From: an uncultured candidate division Zixibacteria bacterium
GTDB taxonomy: Bacteria > Zixibacteria > MSB-5A5 > UBA10806
Direction of reading: 5' to 3'
NCBI GenBank assembly: GCA_963817915.1
Contig: CAWFQL010000017.1
Span: 320,001 to 384,000, forward strand
DNA: 64,000 bases
Shown here: positions 9,157 to 18,742 of the stretch, one piece after another
Layout of the letters: the number at the start of each line of letters is the position of its first letter
How positions within the stretch are numbered: position 1 is the first letter of the stretch
Notes under the pieces: generated by a model
What the model was told of the DNA's origin: nothing
What the model saw: the letters and a program-made list of their open reading frames with translations, nothing else
The model's database searches: none
Made by a program: the position numbers and the translations under genes

Positions 9157-12100
9157 ATGTATTTATCCAATACTTCCATCAAACGGCCCGTATTCACCAC
9201 CATGGTCATATTGGCCCTGGTCGTCTTAGGCGTTGCTTCATACAACTTGATGAGCGTCGATCTGATGCCTGACGTCGATTTTCCATTTGTTGTCGTTACC
9301 ATAGTATATCCGGGCGCTGGACCAGAAGCTGTCGCAAATGATGTCACGAAAAAAGTCGAGGACGCTGTCAATCCTATCAATGGAGTCAAGCATGTCACTT
9401 CGAACTCCATGGAAGGCTTCTCACAGGTCATGATCGAATTTTCACTGGAGACAAAATCACTCGATGCCGGGCAGGAAGTGCGCGAAAAGGTAGCCACAAT
9501 CCGCGCCGATTTGCCCAGAGATATCGAAGCTCCAGTTATTCAGCGATTCGATCCCGCCAGCCAGCCCATTCTTTCGCTCGTAATGGCCAGCCCCCGTTCT
9601 TCGAAGGAATTGACTTCCATTGCAAAAAATATTTTAAAAAAGCGATTGGAATCGATCGAAGGAGTCGGCGCGGTTCAAATCATCGGCGGCAGTGAACGTG
9701 AATTCCAAGTCTTCCTCGATCTGGATGCGCTTAATGCTCGCCAGCTTACTTTCAATGAGGTTTCCAATGCCATCGCCGCCTCAAATTTCGAACTACCTGC
9801 CGGGCGTTTGGATCAAGGCCCCACAGAGATGCTGGTTCGTACAATGGGCCGGTTCCAGACAGTTAATGATATAAAAAATGTAGTCGTTAAAAATACTGAG
9901 GGAAAGGTAATTCGTCTCAGCGATATCGCCTCTGTAGCTGACACTATCAAAGAACAGCGCAGTATATCGCGCTATAATGGCAAAGAAGCGGTTACCCTTC
10001 AGATAACCAGGCAATCCGGCTCCAATACTGTCAAGGTCGCCGAAAGCATCAAAGCCCGGCTTCAGAAAATTCAAGCAGAATTGCCTGCCGATGTCAAGGT
10101 AGAGATAGCAACCGACGGCTCCGTATTTATCAGAGAATCGGTAGATGATGTTCAGGTTACTATTCTTTATGGTGGCCTCTTAGCTATAGTTTGTATATTC
10201 CTATTTCTTACCAATATACCTTCAACGGTAATATCAGCCATCGCGATTCCCACTTCAATCGTGGCCACTTTCACGGTCATGAAGGCGCTGGGATTCACTC
10301 TCAATCTAATCACTTTGATGGGACTTTCGCTGGCTGTAGGGCTTCTTATCGATGATGCCATTGTCGTAATCGAGAATATCTACCGGCATTTGGCACAAGG
10401 CGAATCATCGGAAGATGCGGCTCGAAACGGAACGTCTGAGATCGGCCTGGCCGTCATGGCAACGACCTTTTCGATTGTTGTAGTGTTTGTGCCTATTGCA
10501 TTTATGTCGGGCATCGTAGGACGATTTTTCTATCAGTTCGGTTTGACTGTCGCGTTTGCGGTGATGGTTTCGCTCTTTGTCGCGTTTACATTGACTCCAA
10601 TGCTTTCGGCCCGCTGGCTGCACAAAGAAGAAATGATTGAAAAGGGTTCTAAGAATCCCATAAAGATTATTTTGTATTATTGGAATCATGCCTTCGCAAG
10701 ATTGAGCGATTTTTATAAGATCACTCTTCGCTGGGTCCTTCATCACAGGGCCATAACTCTTACCGCCGCAATTATCGGCTTTTTAGTATCCATGTATCTG
10801 GCAAAATATCTTGGAAGTACATTTACGCCTGACCAGGATAGATCGGAGCTCTATGTGTCCTTTGAGACTCGCCCCGGTTCGAGTATCGATAGAACCTCTC
10901 AGTTAGCCCAGGAACTCGAGCGCAAAATTGCGTCGCACAAGGATGTAGTTTATGCCCAGCTACTAACGGTCGGCGGTGAGAACATTCCAGTTAATCAAGG
11001 CAATATCTATGTAAAAATGGTGGAAAAAAACAAAAGAGATATTTCGGTTTTCAAATTCGTTACGATTCTGCGCAAGGAGTTGGCCGATATACCCGGGATG
11101 ACACTTAATATCAGCTTGGAACAGGGCCATGGTGGAGAAATGGCTGTAGAATATTCTGTCTGTGGACCTGATTACGATAAGTTGATTGTCCTTGCCGATA
11201 AAGTGGAAAAAACAATAAAAAATGCCCCCGGCGCGGTAGATGTTGAAAATAGCGAAAAGCAGGCGCGGCCGGAGCTTCGAATAGCAATTGATCGCGATGT
11301 TGCCGATGATGCCGGCTTGAATTTGGCGGCAATAGGAACAACAGTGAGAAGCATGGTTGATGGCGCTGATGTCAGTCGTTTTAAAGAGGGCGAAGAGGAA
11401 TATTATATCAACGTAAGGTTAGCCCCCAAGTTCAGAACCGATATCGATAATTTGAATAATATCTTTATTCCGTCCTTCAAGAAAGTTGCGGGCAATGATT
11501 ATAGTGTTCCATTAAGACAAGTGGCTCAAATATATGAAGCCAGCGCTCCCCAACAGATAAATCGTTATGACCGCCAGAGAGAAATAAAAATCGGCTCCAA
11601 CGTAGGTGAAGGATTCAGCATGGGCGATATAACCAAGCACCTCGAAAGCAAAAGGGCTGAGCTTAATATACCGACAGGATACAGCGTCCAGACATCGGGT
11701 ATGACTCAGATTCAAGAGGAATCCTTTACCAGCATTTTCACCGCGCTCGCGCTGGCAATCATCTTCATATATATCCTGTTGGCGTCACAATTTGAATCCT
11801 TTGTCGATCCTTTTTCGATGGGAATGTCTCTCTTGATGGCTCCGGTCGGCGCCATTTTGGCGTTGCTCTTATTCGGTTCTCCGCTCTCGATAATGTCTTT
11901 GATAGGAATGGTGCTTCTTATGGGACTTGTGACTAAAAACGCCATCCTGCTTGTCGACTTTATAAAGCAGGCGCGGCGTAGAGGAGTTGAAAGGGAAGAG
12001 GCAATCTTACAGGCAGGACCGATCAGGCTGCGCCCGATCATGATGACTTCTCTCGCCATGATCTTCGCCATGACACCGCTCGCCTTTGCTATCGGTCCGG

Positions 12101-12249
12101 GAGCCGAAATGCGTGCGCCGATGGCGCAGGCAGTCATTGGTGGCCTGGTATCGTCAACTATGCTGACATTGATTGTTGTGCCTATCGTATATACTCTACT
12201 CGATGATTTAGTCGTGGCTCTTTCGGGAAAAGGCAAAAGTAAAAAGTAA
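9157..12249 (+). CDS. RND efflux permease (AcrB/HAE1 family)
   Basis: 1030 aa. SIKRPV, proton-relay [22 protein letters not shown] and RLRPIMMT. Confidence 0.95.
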   Translation: MYLSNTSIKRPVFTTMVILALVVLGVASYNLMSVDLMPDVDFPFVVVTIVYPGAGPEAVANDVTKKVEDAVNPINGVKHVTSNSMEGFSQVMIEFSLETKSLDAGQEVREKVATIRADLPRDIEAPVIQRFDPASQPILSLVMASPRSSKELTSIAKNILKKRLESIEGVGAVQIIGGSEREFQVFLDLDALNARQLTFNEVSNAIAASNFELPAGRLDQGPTEMLVRTMGRFQTVNDIKNVVVKNTEGKVIRLSDIASVADTIKEQRSISRYNGKEAVTLQITRQSGSNTVKVAESIKARLQKIQAELPADVKVEIATDGSVFIRESVDDVQVTILYGGLLAIVCIFLFLTNIPSTVISAIAIPTSIVATFTVMKALGFTLNLITLMGLSLAVGLLIDDAIVVIENIYRHLAQGESSEDAARNGTSEIGLAVMATTFSIVVVFVPIAFMSGIVGRFFYQFGLTVAFAVMVSLFVAFTLTPMLSARWLHKEEMIEKGSKNPIKIILYYWNHAFARLSDFYKITLRWVLHHRAITLTAAIIGFLVSMYLAKYLGSTFTPDQDRSELYVSFETRPGSSIDRTSQLAQELERKIASHKDVVYAQLLTVGGENIPVNQGNIYVKMVEKNKRDISVFKFVTILRKELADIPGMTLNISLEQGHGGEMAVEYSVCGPDYDKLIVLADKVEKTIKNAPGAVDVENSEKQARPELRIAIDRDVADDAGLNLAAIGTTVRSMVDGADVSRFKEGEEEYYINVRLAPKFRTDIDNLNNIFIPSFKKVAGNDYSVPLRQVAQIYEASAPQQINRYDRQREIKIGSNVGEGFSMGDITKHLESKRAELNIPTGYSVQTSGMTQIQEESFTSIFTALALAIIFIYILLASQFESFVDPFSMGMSLLMAPVGAILALLLFGSPLSIMSLIGMVLLMGLVTKNAILLVDFIKQARRRGVEREEAILQAGPIRLRPIMMTSLAMIFAMTPLAFAIGPGAEMRAPMAQAVIGGLVSSTMLTLIVVPIVYTLLDDLVVALSGKGKSKK

Positions 12250-12296
12250 GGAGACGCCGCAAATAGCAATAAGGGAACGCGGCGACTAAGCGGGGC

Positions 12297-13930
12297 ATGA
12301 AAATGCGACCAGTAGATTTCAAAGAACTTGCCGGTTCCACCCGGCTATTCATTGATTTTATTGATTGCAACAAGCAAGGATTAGGTCTTTTTGATTGCGA
12401 TTTCAGATCGATCGAATCTTATAAAAAAGCGGCTGTAGAGATTGATAAAAATTCCTACAGCCGTAATCTTTTGGTTTCCAGCATCGAAGCCGCGACATCT
12501 TCCATACATCTTTCGAATAAAACCAGAGACAATATAAAAAGGCTTTCTCAGCCCGATTCGCTTATCGTATTTGCCGGACAGCAGGTAGGCATGCTCCTGG
12601 GGCCGATGTATACAATGTATAAGGCATTGACAGCCTATAAACTGGCGAAATGGCTGGAATCAGAATTGCATCGTCCAGTTATACCCTGCTTTTGGATGGC
12701 AACAGACGATCATGATTTTGATGAAATAAAAAGCTCGAATTTCCTGAGTAGAGATGGCGATATTAATATATCGACCTATTCTCCATCCGTCCCCAAACCC
12801 GGTCTACCGATTGCTGAACTTAAAATTGATGATGGAATCCAGGGCTTTTTGCAGTCTATCAAAGAGAATTTGATCGAGACCGAATTTACCGGCCAAATCG
12901 TCAAATTGATCGAGGAATTTTATACTCCGGATAGGACATTGGTCGACTCATTCACCCTGCTTTTTGATCGATTGCTCGGCGATTACGGAATTGTCCCGGT
13001 CGATCCCAATTATCCTGGCATGAAAAAACTAATGGCCCCGGTATTTCAATCCGAAATCGAGAATCATAAAGAAGCGTTCGATCTCTTTGAAAGTAAATCC
13101 AGCGAGCTGCTGAAAGCCGGTTACCATAGGCAGGTTCACAAAACAGGTTCGACTCTTAATCTTTTTTACTTCGATGGCATCCGCCGCAATATCGTTTTTG
13201 CGGATGGTAAATTTCAGCTGGACGGGCATTCGGAAAAATTCGACAAAAATCGATTGCTGGAAATGCTGGCCTCGTCACCAGAGAAATTTTCTCCCAATGT
13301 CCTGCTTCGCCCCATAGCGCAATGCTGCGCGTTTCCTACCATAGCGCAAATTGTTGGGCCATCTGAGGCGGCTTATTTTGCCCAGATTGAGCCCCTATAT
13401 CGGTTCTATAATATTCCGCTGCCGGTTGTCAGGCCGAGAATCTTCGCCTCGTTTGTAGAGCCCCATATTTCAAAAGTAATGAAAAAACTATCTATTGATT
13501 TTGCTTCGTTGCATAATGATCGAGAACATGAAATCAGCAGAGTGATCGAGGATAATTTTCTTACCGATCTGCAGGGTGATATCGAATCGTGAAAACTCGG
13601 ATTGAGCAAGCATTCGATGATTTCGCCAGGCCTCTGGAAAATACTGATAAAGAAAGCTTTCAGGTAATTGATCGTCATAAAAAGAAAATAGATTACGAGT
13701 TGAATCATATGACTGAAAGACTGCTCGCCACTCACAAAAAAAGACATGATATGGTCAGGGGACAAATAGGCCGAACAGCATCATTCCTTTTTCCTGAAGG
13801 TAATTTTCAGGAGAGAGTACTTTCACCGATTTATTTCGTAAACAAATTCGGGCCGAATATTTTCCAAAATATGGAAATTGAACTTGATTTAAATTCATTT
13901 GGCCACCAACTGATCGAGGTTGAGCCGTGA
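12297..13930 (+). CDS. bshC: Bacillithiol cysteine-adding enzyme BshC, split by a -1 frameshift at about 13580-13589 (544 aa if repaired)
   Basis: ORF1 has AGQQ..GPMYT.YK, FWMATDDHDFDE, FSPNVLLRP and GPSEAAYFAQ. ORF2 (13589-13930) has the BshC C-terminal motif LFPEGNFQER. Directly upstream of bshA. Confidence 0.88.
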
Positions 13931-15051
13931 AAGTCGGTATTGTGTGCTATCCGGTGAAGGGCGGCTCCGGCGTTGTCGCGTCGGAGCTTGGACTGGCGCT
14001 ATCAACAATGGGAGTGGAGGTGCATTTCTTTTCTTACGCGCTGCCGTTTAGATTAACAGGATTTGACTCCAAATTTATTTTTCATGAAGTCGAAGTATCC
14101 CAATATCCATTATTTAAGCATCCTCCTTACACACTTACCCTGGCTTCAAGGCTGGCCGAGGAATCCAAGCGAAATGGTCTTGATATCATTCATGTGCACT
14201 ATGCGATCCCCCATGCTATAAGCGGCTATATCGCCAAGCAAATACTCGGCACGAAAAAGCCTAAACTCATTACGACCCTCCATGGAACCGATATTACTTT
14301 GATCGGTCTTGATCCTTCATTTTTCGCGGTCACCAAATTTTCCATGGAATCATCCGATGCCTTAACAACGGTCAGCAAATATATTCATGATAAAACTTAT
14401 TCGTCGTTCGGGATAAAGAAGCCAATCAAGGTTATTCCGAATTTTGTTGATAATGACCGTTTTAAACCGAACCAGGCAGGATGCGATCGGTCGATATTCG
14501 CTCTGCCGAATGAAAAAATTATCATGCATTTATCCAATTATAGGTCTGTCAAGAATTCCAGGGACGTTGTTCGGATATTCAAAATTGTAAATGAAAAAAT
14601 GCCATCAAAATTAGTTCTCGTTGGGGATGGACCTGATGCGCCCAACGTTATGTCATTGGCCAATGATATGGGAATAGGAGATAGAACAATATTTCTGGGC
14701 GCGCAGGACGCTGTCGAATCGATTCTTTGCAAGGCTGATCTGTTTCTGCTGCCATCGGCTTCAGAAGCTTTCGGATTGGCGGCGCTGGAAGCATTGGCTT
14801 GCGGAGTACCGGTGGTTGGTACGATCGTTGGCGGATTACCCGAACTTATTAAGGATGGGGAAGTAGGATATCTCGAGCCGGTCGGCGATTATGAAGCGAT
14901 GGCGAGACGATCATTGGAGATTTTATCAAATGACGGACTTCATGCAAAGATGTCTAAAAACGCAAGGACTTTAACGGTTGAAAAATATGACACAAAAGAT
15001 ATCGTCAAGCAATATTATAAATATTATCAAGAGGTGCTAAATGAAGCTTGA
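13927..15051 (+). CDS. bshA: N-acetyl-alpha-D-glucosaminyl L-malate synthase
   Basis: CYP..GGSGVVASELG, HVHYAIPHA, TTLHGTDITL and the GT4 motif EAFGLAALEA. Confidence 0.95.
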   Translation: MKVGIVCYPVKGGSGVVASELGLALSTMGVEVHFFSYALPFRLTGFDSKFIFHEVEVSQYPLFKHPPYTLTLASRLAEESKRNGLDIIHVHYAIPHAISGYIAKQILGTKKPKLITTLHGTDITLIGLDPSFFAVTKFSMESSDALTTVSKYIHDKTYSSFGIKKPIKVIPNFVDNDRFKPNQAGCDRSIFALPNEKIIMHLSNYRSVKNSRDVVRIFKIVNEKMPSKLVLVGDGPDAPNVMSLANDMGIGDRTIFLGAQDAVESILCKADLFLLPSASEAFGLAALEALACGVPVVGTIVGGLPELIKDGEVGYLEPVGDYEAMARRSLEILSNDGLHAKMSKNARTLTVEKYDTKDIVKQYYKYYQEVLNEA

Positions 15052-15751
15052 TGTCTTAGCCATTGCGGCTCATCGCGATGATACCGAAATTGTCAGCGGC
15101 GGGACTATAATAAAAATGGTCGACCTGGGGTATTCTGTCGGCATTCTTGATCTAACCGCGGGCGAGGCTGGTTCTCGCGGCGATGCCAATACCCGCGCCG
15201 AAGAATCTGCCAATGCAACAAAGATCATGGGCCTGCAATATCGCTATAACCTCCAGTTGCCCGACGCCGGGTTATTTCTTACTCAGGAAAACGCTCTCAA
15301 GGTCGCGATGATTATCCGTGAAACCAGACCCGAAATGGTAATCTTGCCATATTGGAAGCAAAGACATCCAGATCATTCAACAGCAGGCGATATAGGATAT
15401 CGAGGATGCTTTTTGGCAGGGCTTTCAAAAATGCGAATCCCGGGCGATGCTTATAGGCCCCGGAAAATCATTTATTCGACTTCATTCACCGAAACCGAAC
15501 ATGCGTTCATTGTCGATATCACCGAACAATACAAACGAAAATGCGAAGCCGTAGCCTGCTATAAAACTCAATTCGAAGAAAAACCCGGCCAGCGGGAAGT
15601 ATACCCACCTGCCCGCGATATTTTCGATTACATGGAAATCCGTAATAGACAGTATGGATATATGATTGGTGTTCGTTATGGCGAGGCCTTCATTCAGAAG
15701 GAAATGCTATCCGTCGAAGACCCGCTAAAATTGCCCGGCAAATCGATATAG
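15041..15751 (+). CDS. bshB1: Bacillithiol biosynthesis deacetylase (PIG-L family)
   Basis: AHRDD.E, DLTAGE.GSRG, RHPDH and YGEAF. Follows bshA. Confidence 0.9.
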   Translation: MKLDVLAIAAHRDDTEIVSGGTIIKMVDLGYSVGILDLTAGEAGSRGDANTRAEESANATKIMGLQYRYNLQLPDAGLFLTQENALKVAMIIRETRPEMVILPYWKQRHPDHSTAGDIGYRGCFLAGLSKMRIPGDAYRPRKIIYSTSFTETEHAFIVDITEQYKRKCEAVACYKTQFEEKPGQREVYPPARDIFDYMEIRNRQYGYMIGVRYGEAFIQKEMLSVEDPLKLPGKSI

Positions 15752-15773
15752 AATTTAGTGATTTATATTATGC

Positions 15774-15797
15774 AGAGACTTGCGTTCGCAAGTCTCT
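15774..15797. terminator. Inverted repeat between convergent bshB1 and polyferredoxin genes
   Basis: AGAGACTTGCG-TT-CGCAAGTCTCT, a perfect 11-bp inverted repeat. Confidence 0.7.
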
Positions 15798-17463
15798 ATG
15801 CTGTTTTCTTTTTTCTCAATAACAGCGATCGGCTTGGATCGCGGGTTTCGCCCGCCGATGTGATATAGACTCCCGGTTTCCCGGAGACCGGACAAACATT
15901 TTCGCAAACGCCGCAGCCGGTGCATTTGTCAGGATCAATATGCGGCAATTTTATTTTAGTCATGTTGCCGTTTCTATCCTTGATCTCGGTCTCTTCCAAC
16001 CAGATAGCTTTGGGAGATGTTGGACACCATTCCTCGCAGACTATACATGGCACTCCCATTGCCCAGGGCAGACATCGACCCTTATCATAAAATGCGGTCC
16101 CGATCTTCGTGGCCGGATTATTTTGATCGCCGATTTTAGTTTTGACATCGATATTTGCAATCGCCCCGGTCGGACAGGTATTGCCGCAAAGCACGCAATA
16201 ATGCTCACAATATCCTATTCTGGCAATCAATACAGGCGTGAAAATGCCTTCCCAGCCGGTTTCGAGTAGGGCGGGATGCAACGCATTATTAGGACATATC
16301 TTCATGCATTGGCCGCAACGAATGCATCGCTTCAGAAAATCCTCTTCTATCAAGGAGCCCGGCGGCCTGATAAATGACTCATCGCTTACGAATTTTTCGC
16401 TTGATCTTAAAATCGGATATGTGATAACCCCCGCAACGCTGGCGATAACTGCTCGGCGAGTTGTCAGATCAGGAATAGCTTTATATTGATCAGTCTTAGC
16501 CTGAAATCTAAATGAAATGACATTTTCGGGACAGATCGCCTGGCAATTCAGACACATATGACATTCAGCTCTGCGGTGAGGAACTAATCCCTGAGGATCA
16601 TCGCCCCCCTGGCAATTCAAAAGACAAAGATTACATTCTGTGCATTTATCATTATCCTTATGAAGTCCAAATATCGAATAACGGCTTAGTAGCCCCAACG
16701 TCGCCCCCAACGGACACAGGCCTCTGCACCAGAATCGGGTGAAGACGCGATTGGCAGCTAAAATCGCCGCGAACATAATAGCCAACCAGAAAACTCCCTG
16801 GAAATGCGGCTGCTTAAAATAAATTATCGTGCCCGATCCAAGTGCATATATGCCTTTGCCGATCAGAGCCAGAATCTGAAAATGCGAGTTGCTCAACTGA
16901 TTTGCCAGGCTGCTCAACCCGTAATTGAATGCCGGAATCAGCACCAATCCAATTGACCTGCCTGCAATTGTAATTGGGTCCAGCAATCCTGTTTGCAGCG
17001 AACCCATTAAGGCGAGGGCAATCAGCCCTAAAAGCAGATAATATTTCCAAGCCTGATACTTATGATATTTATTGGATTCGATAAGTTTTTTGCCGCGACG
17101 GCTTTCTCTTTCCGAGGAAAAACTCGAAAACAATTGATTGATTGTGCCGAGCGGGCAAATCCAGCCGCAAAAAAATCTACCGAAGAAGATTGTCGCGATT
17201 ATTATAAATAGAGATAATAAAATCGAGCCATAAACTATCCGCGATGACAGACCGGTAGCAATCCCGGTAAGGGGATCAATATTAAAAAAGAGATTTAGCC
17301 ACGGAGATATGGTTGTCGCAATTTCGGGGTTCTTAAACGATGTGAATGAAAATTCGGTCAAATACAGAAGGACTATAAAAAATGATAGAAATATACCTTG
17401 GATAATTCTACGTAATGATCTGATGCGCTTGATAGTCTGAGTTGGATATTGCTCGCTTGGCAC
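15796..17463 (-). CDS. Membrane polyferredoxin (NapH/MauN-like plus NapG/MauM-like 4Fe-4S domains)
   Basis: GRFFCGWICPLG and RFWCRGLCPLG (Fer4_5), multiple CxxCxxCxxxCP motifs, IRPPGS..E..FL.RCIRCGQC. The GTG start abuts the DUF362 stop. Confidence 0.88.
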   Translation of the reverse strand: MPSEQYPTQTIKRIRSLRRIIQGIFLSFFIVLLYLTEFSFTSFKNPEIATTISPWLNLFFNIDPLTGIATGLSSRIVYGSILLSLFIIIATIFFGRFFCGWICPLGTINQLFSSFSSERESRRGKKLIESNKYHKYQAWKYYLLLGLIALALMGSLQTGLLDPITIAGRSIGLVLIPAFNYGLSSLANQLSNSHFQILALIGKGIYALGSGTIIYFKQPHFQGVFWLAIMFAAILAANRVFTRFWCRGLCPLGATLGLLSRYSIFGLHKDNDKCTECNLCLLNCQGGDDPQGLVPHRRAECHMCLNCQAICPENVISFRFQAKTDQYKAIPDLTTRRAVIASVAGVITYPILRSSEKFVSDESFIRPPGSLIEEDFLKRCIRCGQCMKICPNNALHPALLETGWEGIFTPVLIARIGYCEHYCVLCGNTCPTGAIANIDVKTKIGDQNNPATKIGTAFYDKGRCLPWAMGVPCIVCEEWCPTSPKAIWLEETEIKDRNGNMTKIKLPHIDPDKCTGCGVCENVCPVSGKPGVYITSAGETRDPSRSLLLRKKKTA

Positions 17464-18435
17464 TTATGAAAGTTCCTTTTCTGTCAGGCTATATCCGCTT
17501 AATTTCCCCAAGCCTCGTTTTTCACCCATCGATAAATATTCAAGGTCCTCCGGCTTTAATTTCAAAAATTTGCTCGAATATGAATCCGCGGCTACTTGAT
17601 CTGTTGATGCTATTACCGTATCGTGAATTTCGACATCCGATGGACTTCCACCAACCGGGCCATTCCGCATCATCACTCGAGTCGCGTCGACTACTATCAA
17701 CGATGGGCGGAAGAAATCAGATAAATCGACAATCGATGTGTCGATCTGTTGATGAAGCTTATTGCGCGCGCCCCCCAGAACACCAAACCAGTTTTTCATC
17801 CCGATAGTCGCTTTCGACATGCCATGGTGTTTGACTACCGGCATATTGATTAGCTTATCGCATTCGACAAAGGGCCTCAATACCTGCCATTCACCGAGAA
17901 TCTCGCCGCCCAGGTCAATGTTGACATACATCCTATCCTCAGGCAAAATCAACTCTACTCCCAAGTCTTTCATAGCCGCCGTGATTCCAGAACGTGGAAA
18001 GCATCTGCGTGGGTCATTGCAGGAGATATCGGTAACAATGACTTTCTTGGCCCCGGCGTTTAGGCATTCCAAAGCAACCGCCTTTACCAATTCAGGGTGG
18101 GTATTGGCTCCCTGTTCGGGCGTCCTGTCCCATCCGATATTCGGCTTGATCGTGACTATGTCGCCTTTTGATATGAATCTGCCAATGCCTCCAATCAGGC
18201 CTATCGCGGCCAGCGTCGCCTTCGCGTAATCCGATGATTTTACTGACACGACATCGGGAAATCCGGTATCGACCGGAATCCTTCGATCCCCCTTATAAAT
18301 ACCCTTAGCTGTTTCAGTTGGTGTATATTCATTTTGAGCCAGGAGATAACCGCCCCCGCCGAAAACTGTGGCCATCAGAGCCGCCTTGCCGGTGAGAGTC
18401 ATAAAATCGCGTCGCTTTAGTTTGTCATCGGACAT
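17464..18435 (-). CDS. DUF362 family Fe-S protein with Tat signal
   Basis: KRRDFM twin-arginine leader, IKPNIGWDRTPEQGANTHP, INMPVVKHH, KNWFG and DQVAAD. AAAGGAGA RBS before ATG 18435. Confidence 0.85.
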   Translation of the reverse strand: MSDDKLKRRDFMTLTGKAALMATVFGGGGYLLAQNEYTPTETAKGIYKGDRRIPVDTGFPDVVSVKSSDYAKATLAAIGLIGGIGRFISKGDIVTIKPNIGWDRTPEQGANTHPELVKAVALECLNAGAKKVIVTDISCNDPRRCFPRSGITAAMKDLGVELILPEDRMYVNIDLGGEILGEWQVLRPFVECDKLINMPVVKHHGMSKATIGMKNWFGVLGGARNKLHQQIDTSIVDLSDFFRPSLIVVDATRVMMRNGPVGGSPSDVEIHDTVIASTDQVAADSYSSKFLKLKPEDLEYLSMGEKRGLGKLSGYSLTEKELS

Positions 18436-18534
18436 CAAAGTCTCCTTTCAATGGTTAGCCCAATATCATCAAAATATCGCGGATAATCAAGGAAATGGTC
18501 GATTGATTCCCTAAATGGTTGATTCAAAAATAGC

Positions 18535-18562
18535 TTGTTTTTGTAGAAATGCATCCTAAATT
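18535..18562 (+). promoter_or_regulatory. Putative sigma70 promoter for the valS leader
   Basis: TTGTTT-N16-TAAATT. The same -10 hexamer occurs in the promoter at 26500. Confidence 0.4.
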
Positions 18563-18680
18563 AATGCGGTGAAGATATGAATGAAAGTAAGTCGAATTAG
18601 TTGAAGGATGGTTACAGGTAAGTTCTAAAAGAATATAGATTAAGCTGGATATTTAATTTCCGATATTTTATATTAGCCTT

Positions 18681-18706
18681 AACGGGAATGGTCCCGTTTT
18701 TGTTTT
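18681..18706 (+). terminator. Intrinsic terminator-like hairpin in the valS 5' leader
   Basis: AACGGGA-ATGG-TCCCGTT followed by TTTGTTTT, about 40 nt before the valS ATG. Confidence 0.6.
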
Positions 18707-18742
18707 AGAATTATTTGAAGAGGTTTAGATAGTTTAGAAGCC

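Noticed and set aside
11712..12269. 185-aa minus-strand ORF and similar antisense ORFs (17762-18229, 53261-53791, 59445-59855)
   Set aside because: They lie opposite well-conserved genes and have no recognisable motifs.
18570..18742. T-box riboswitch upstream of valS
   Set aside because: No GGTGGNACC T-box sequence or recognisable stem I motifs.
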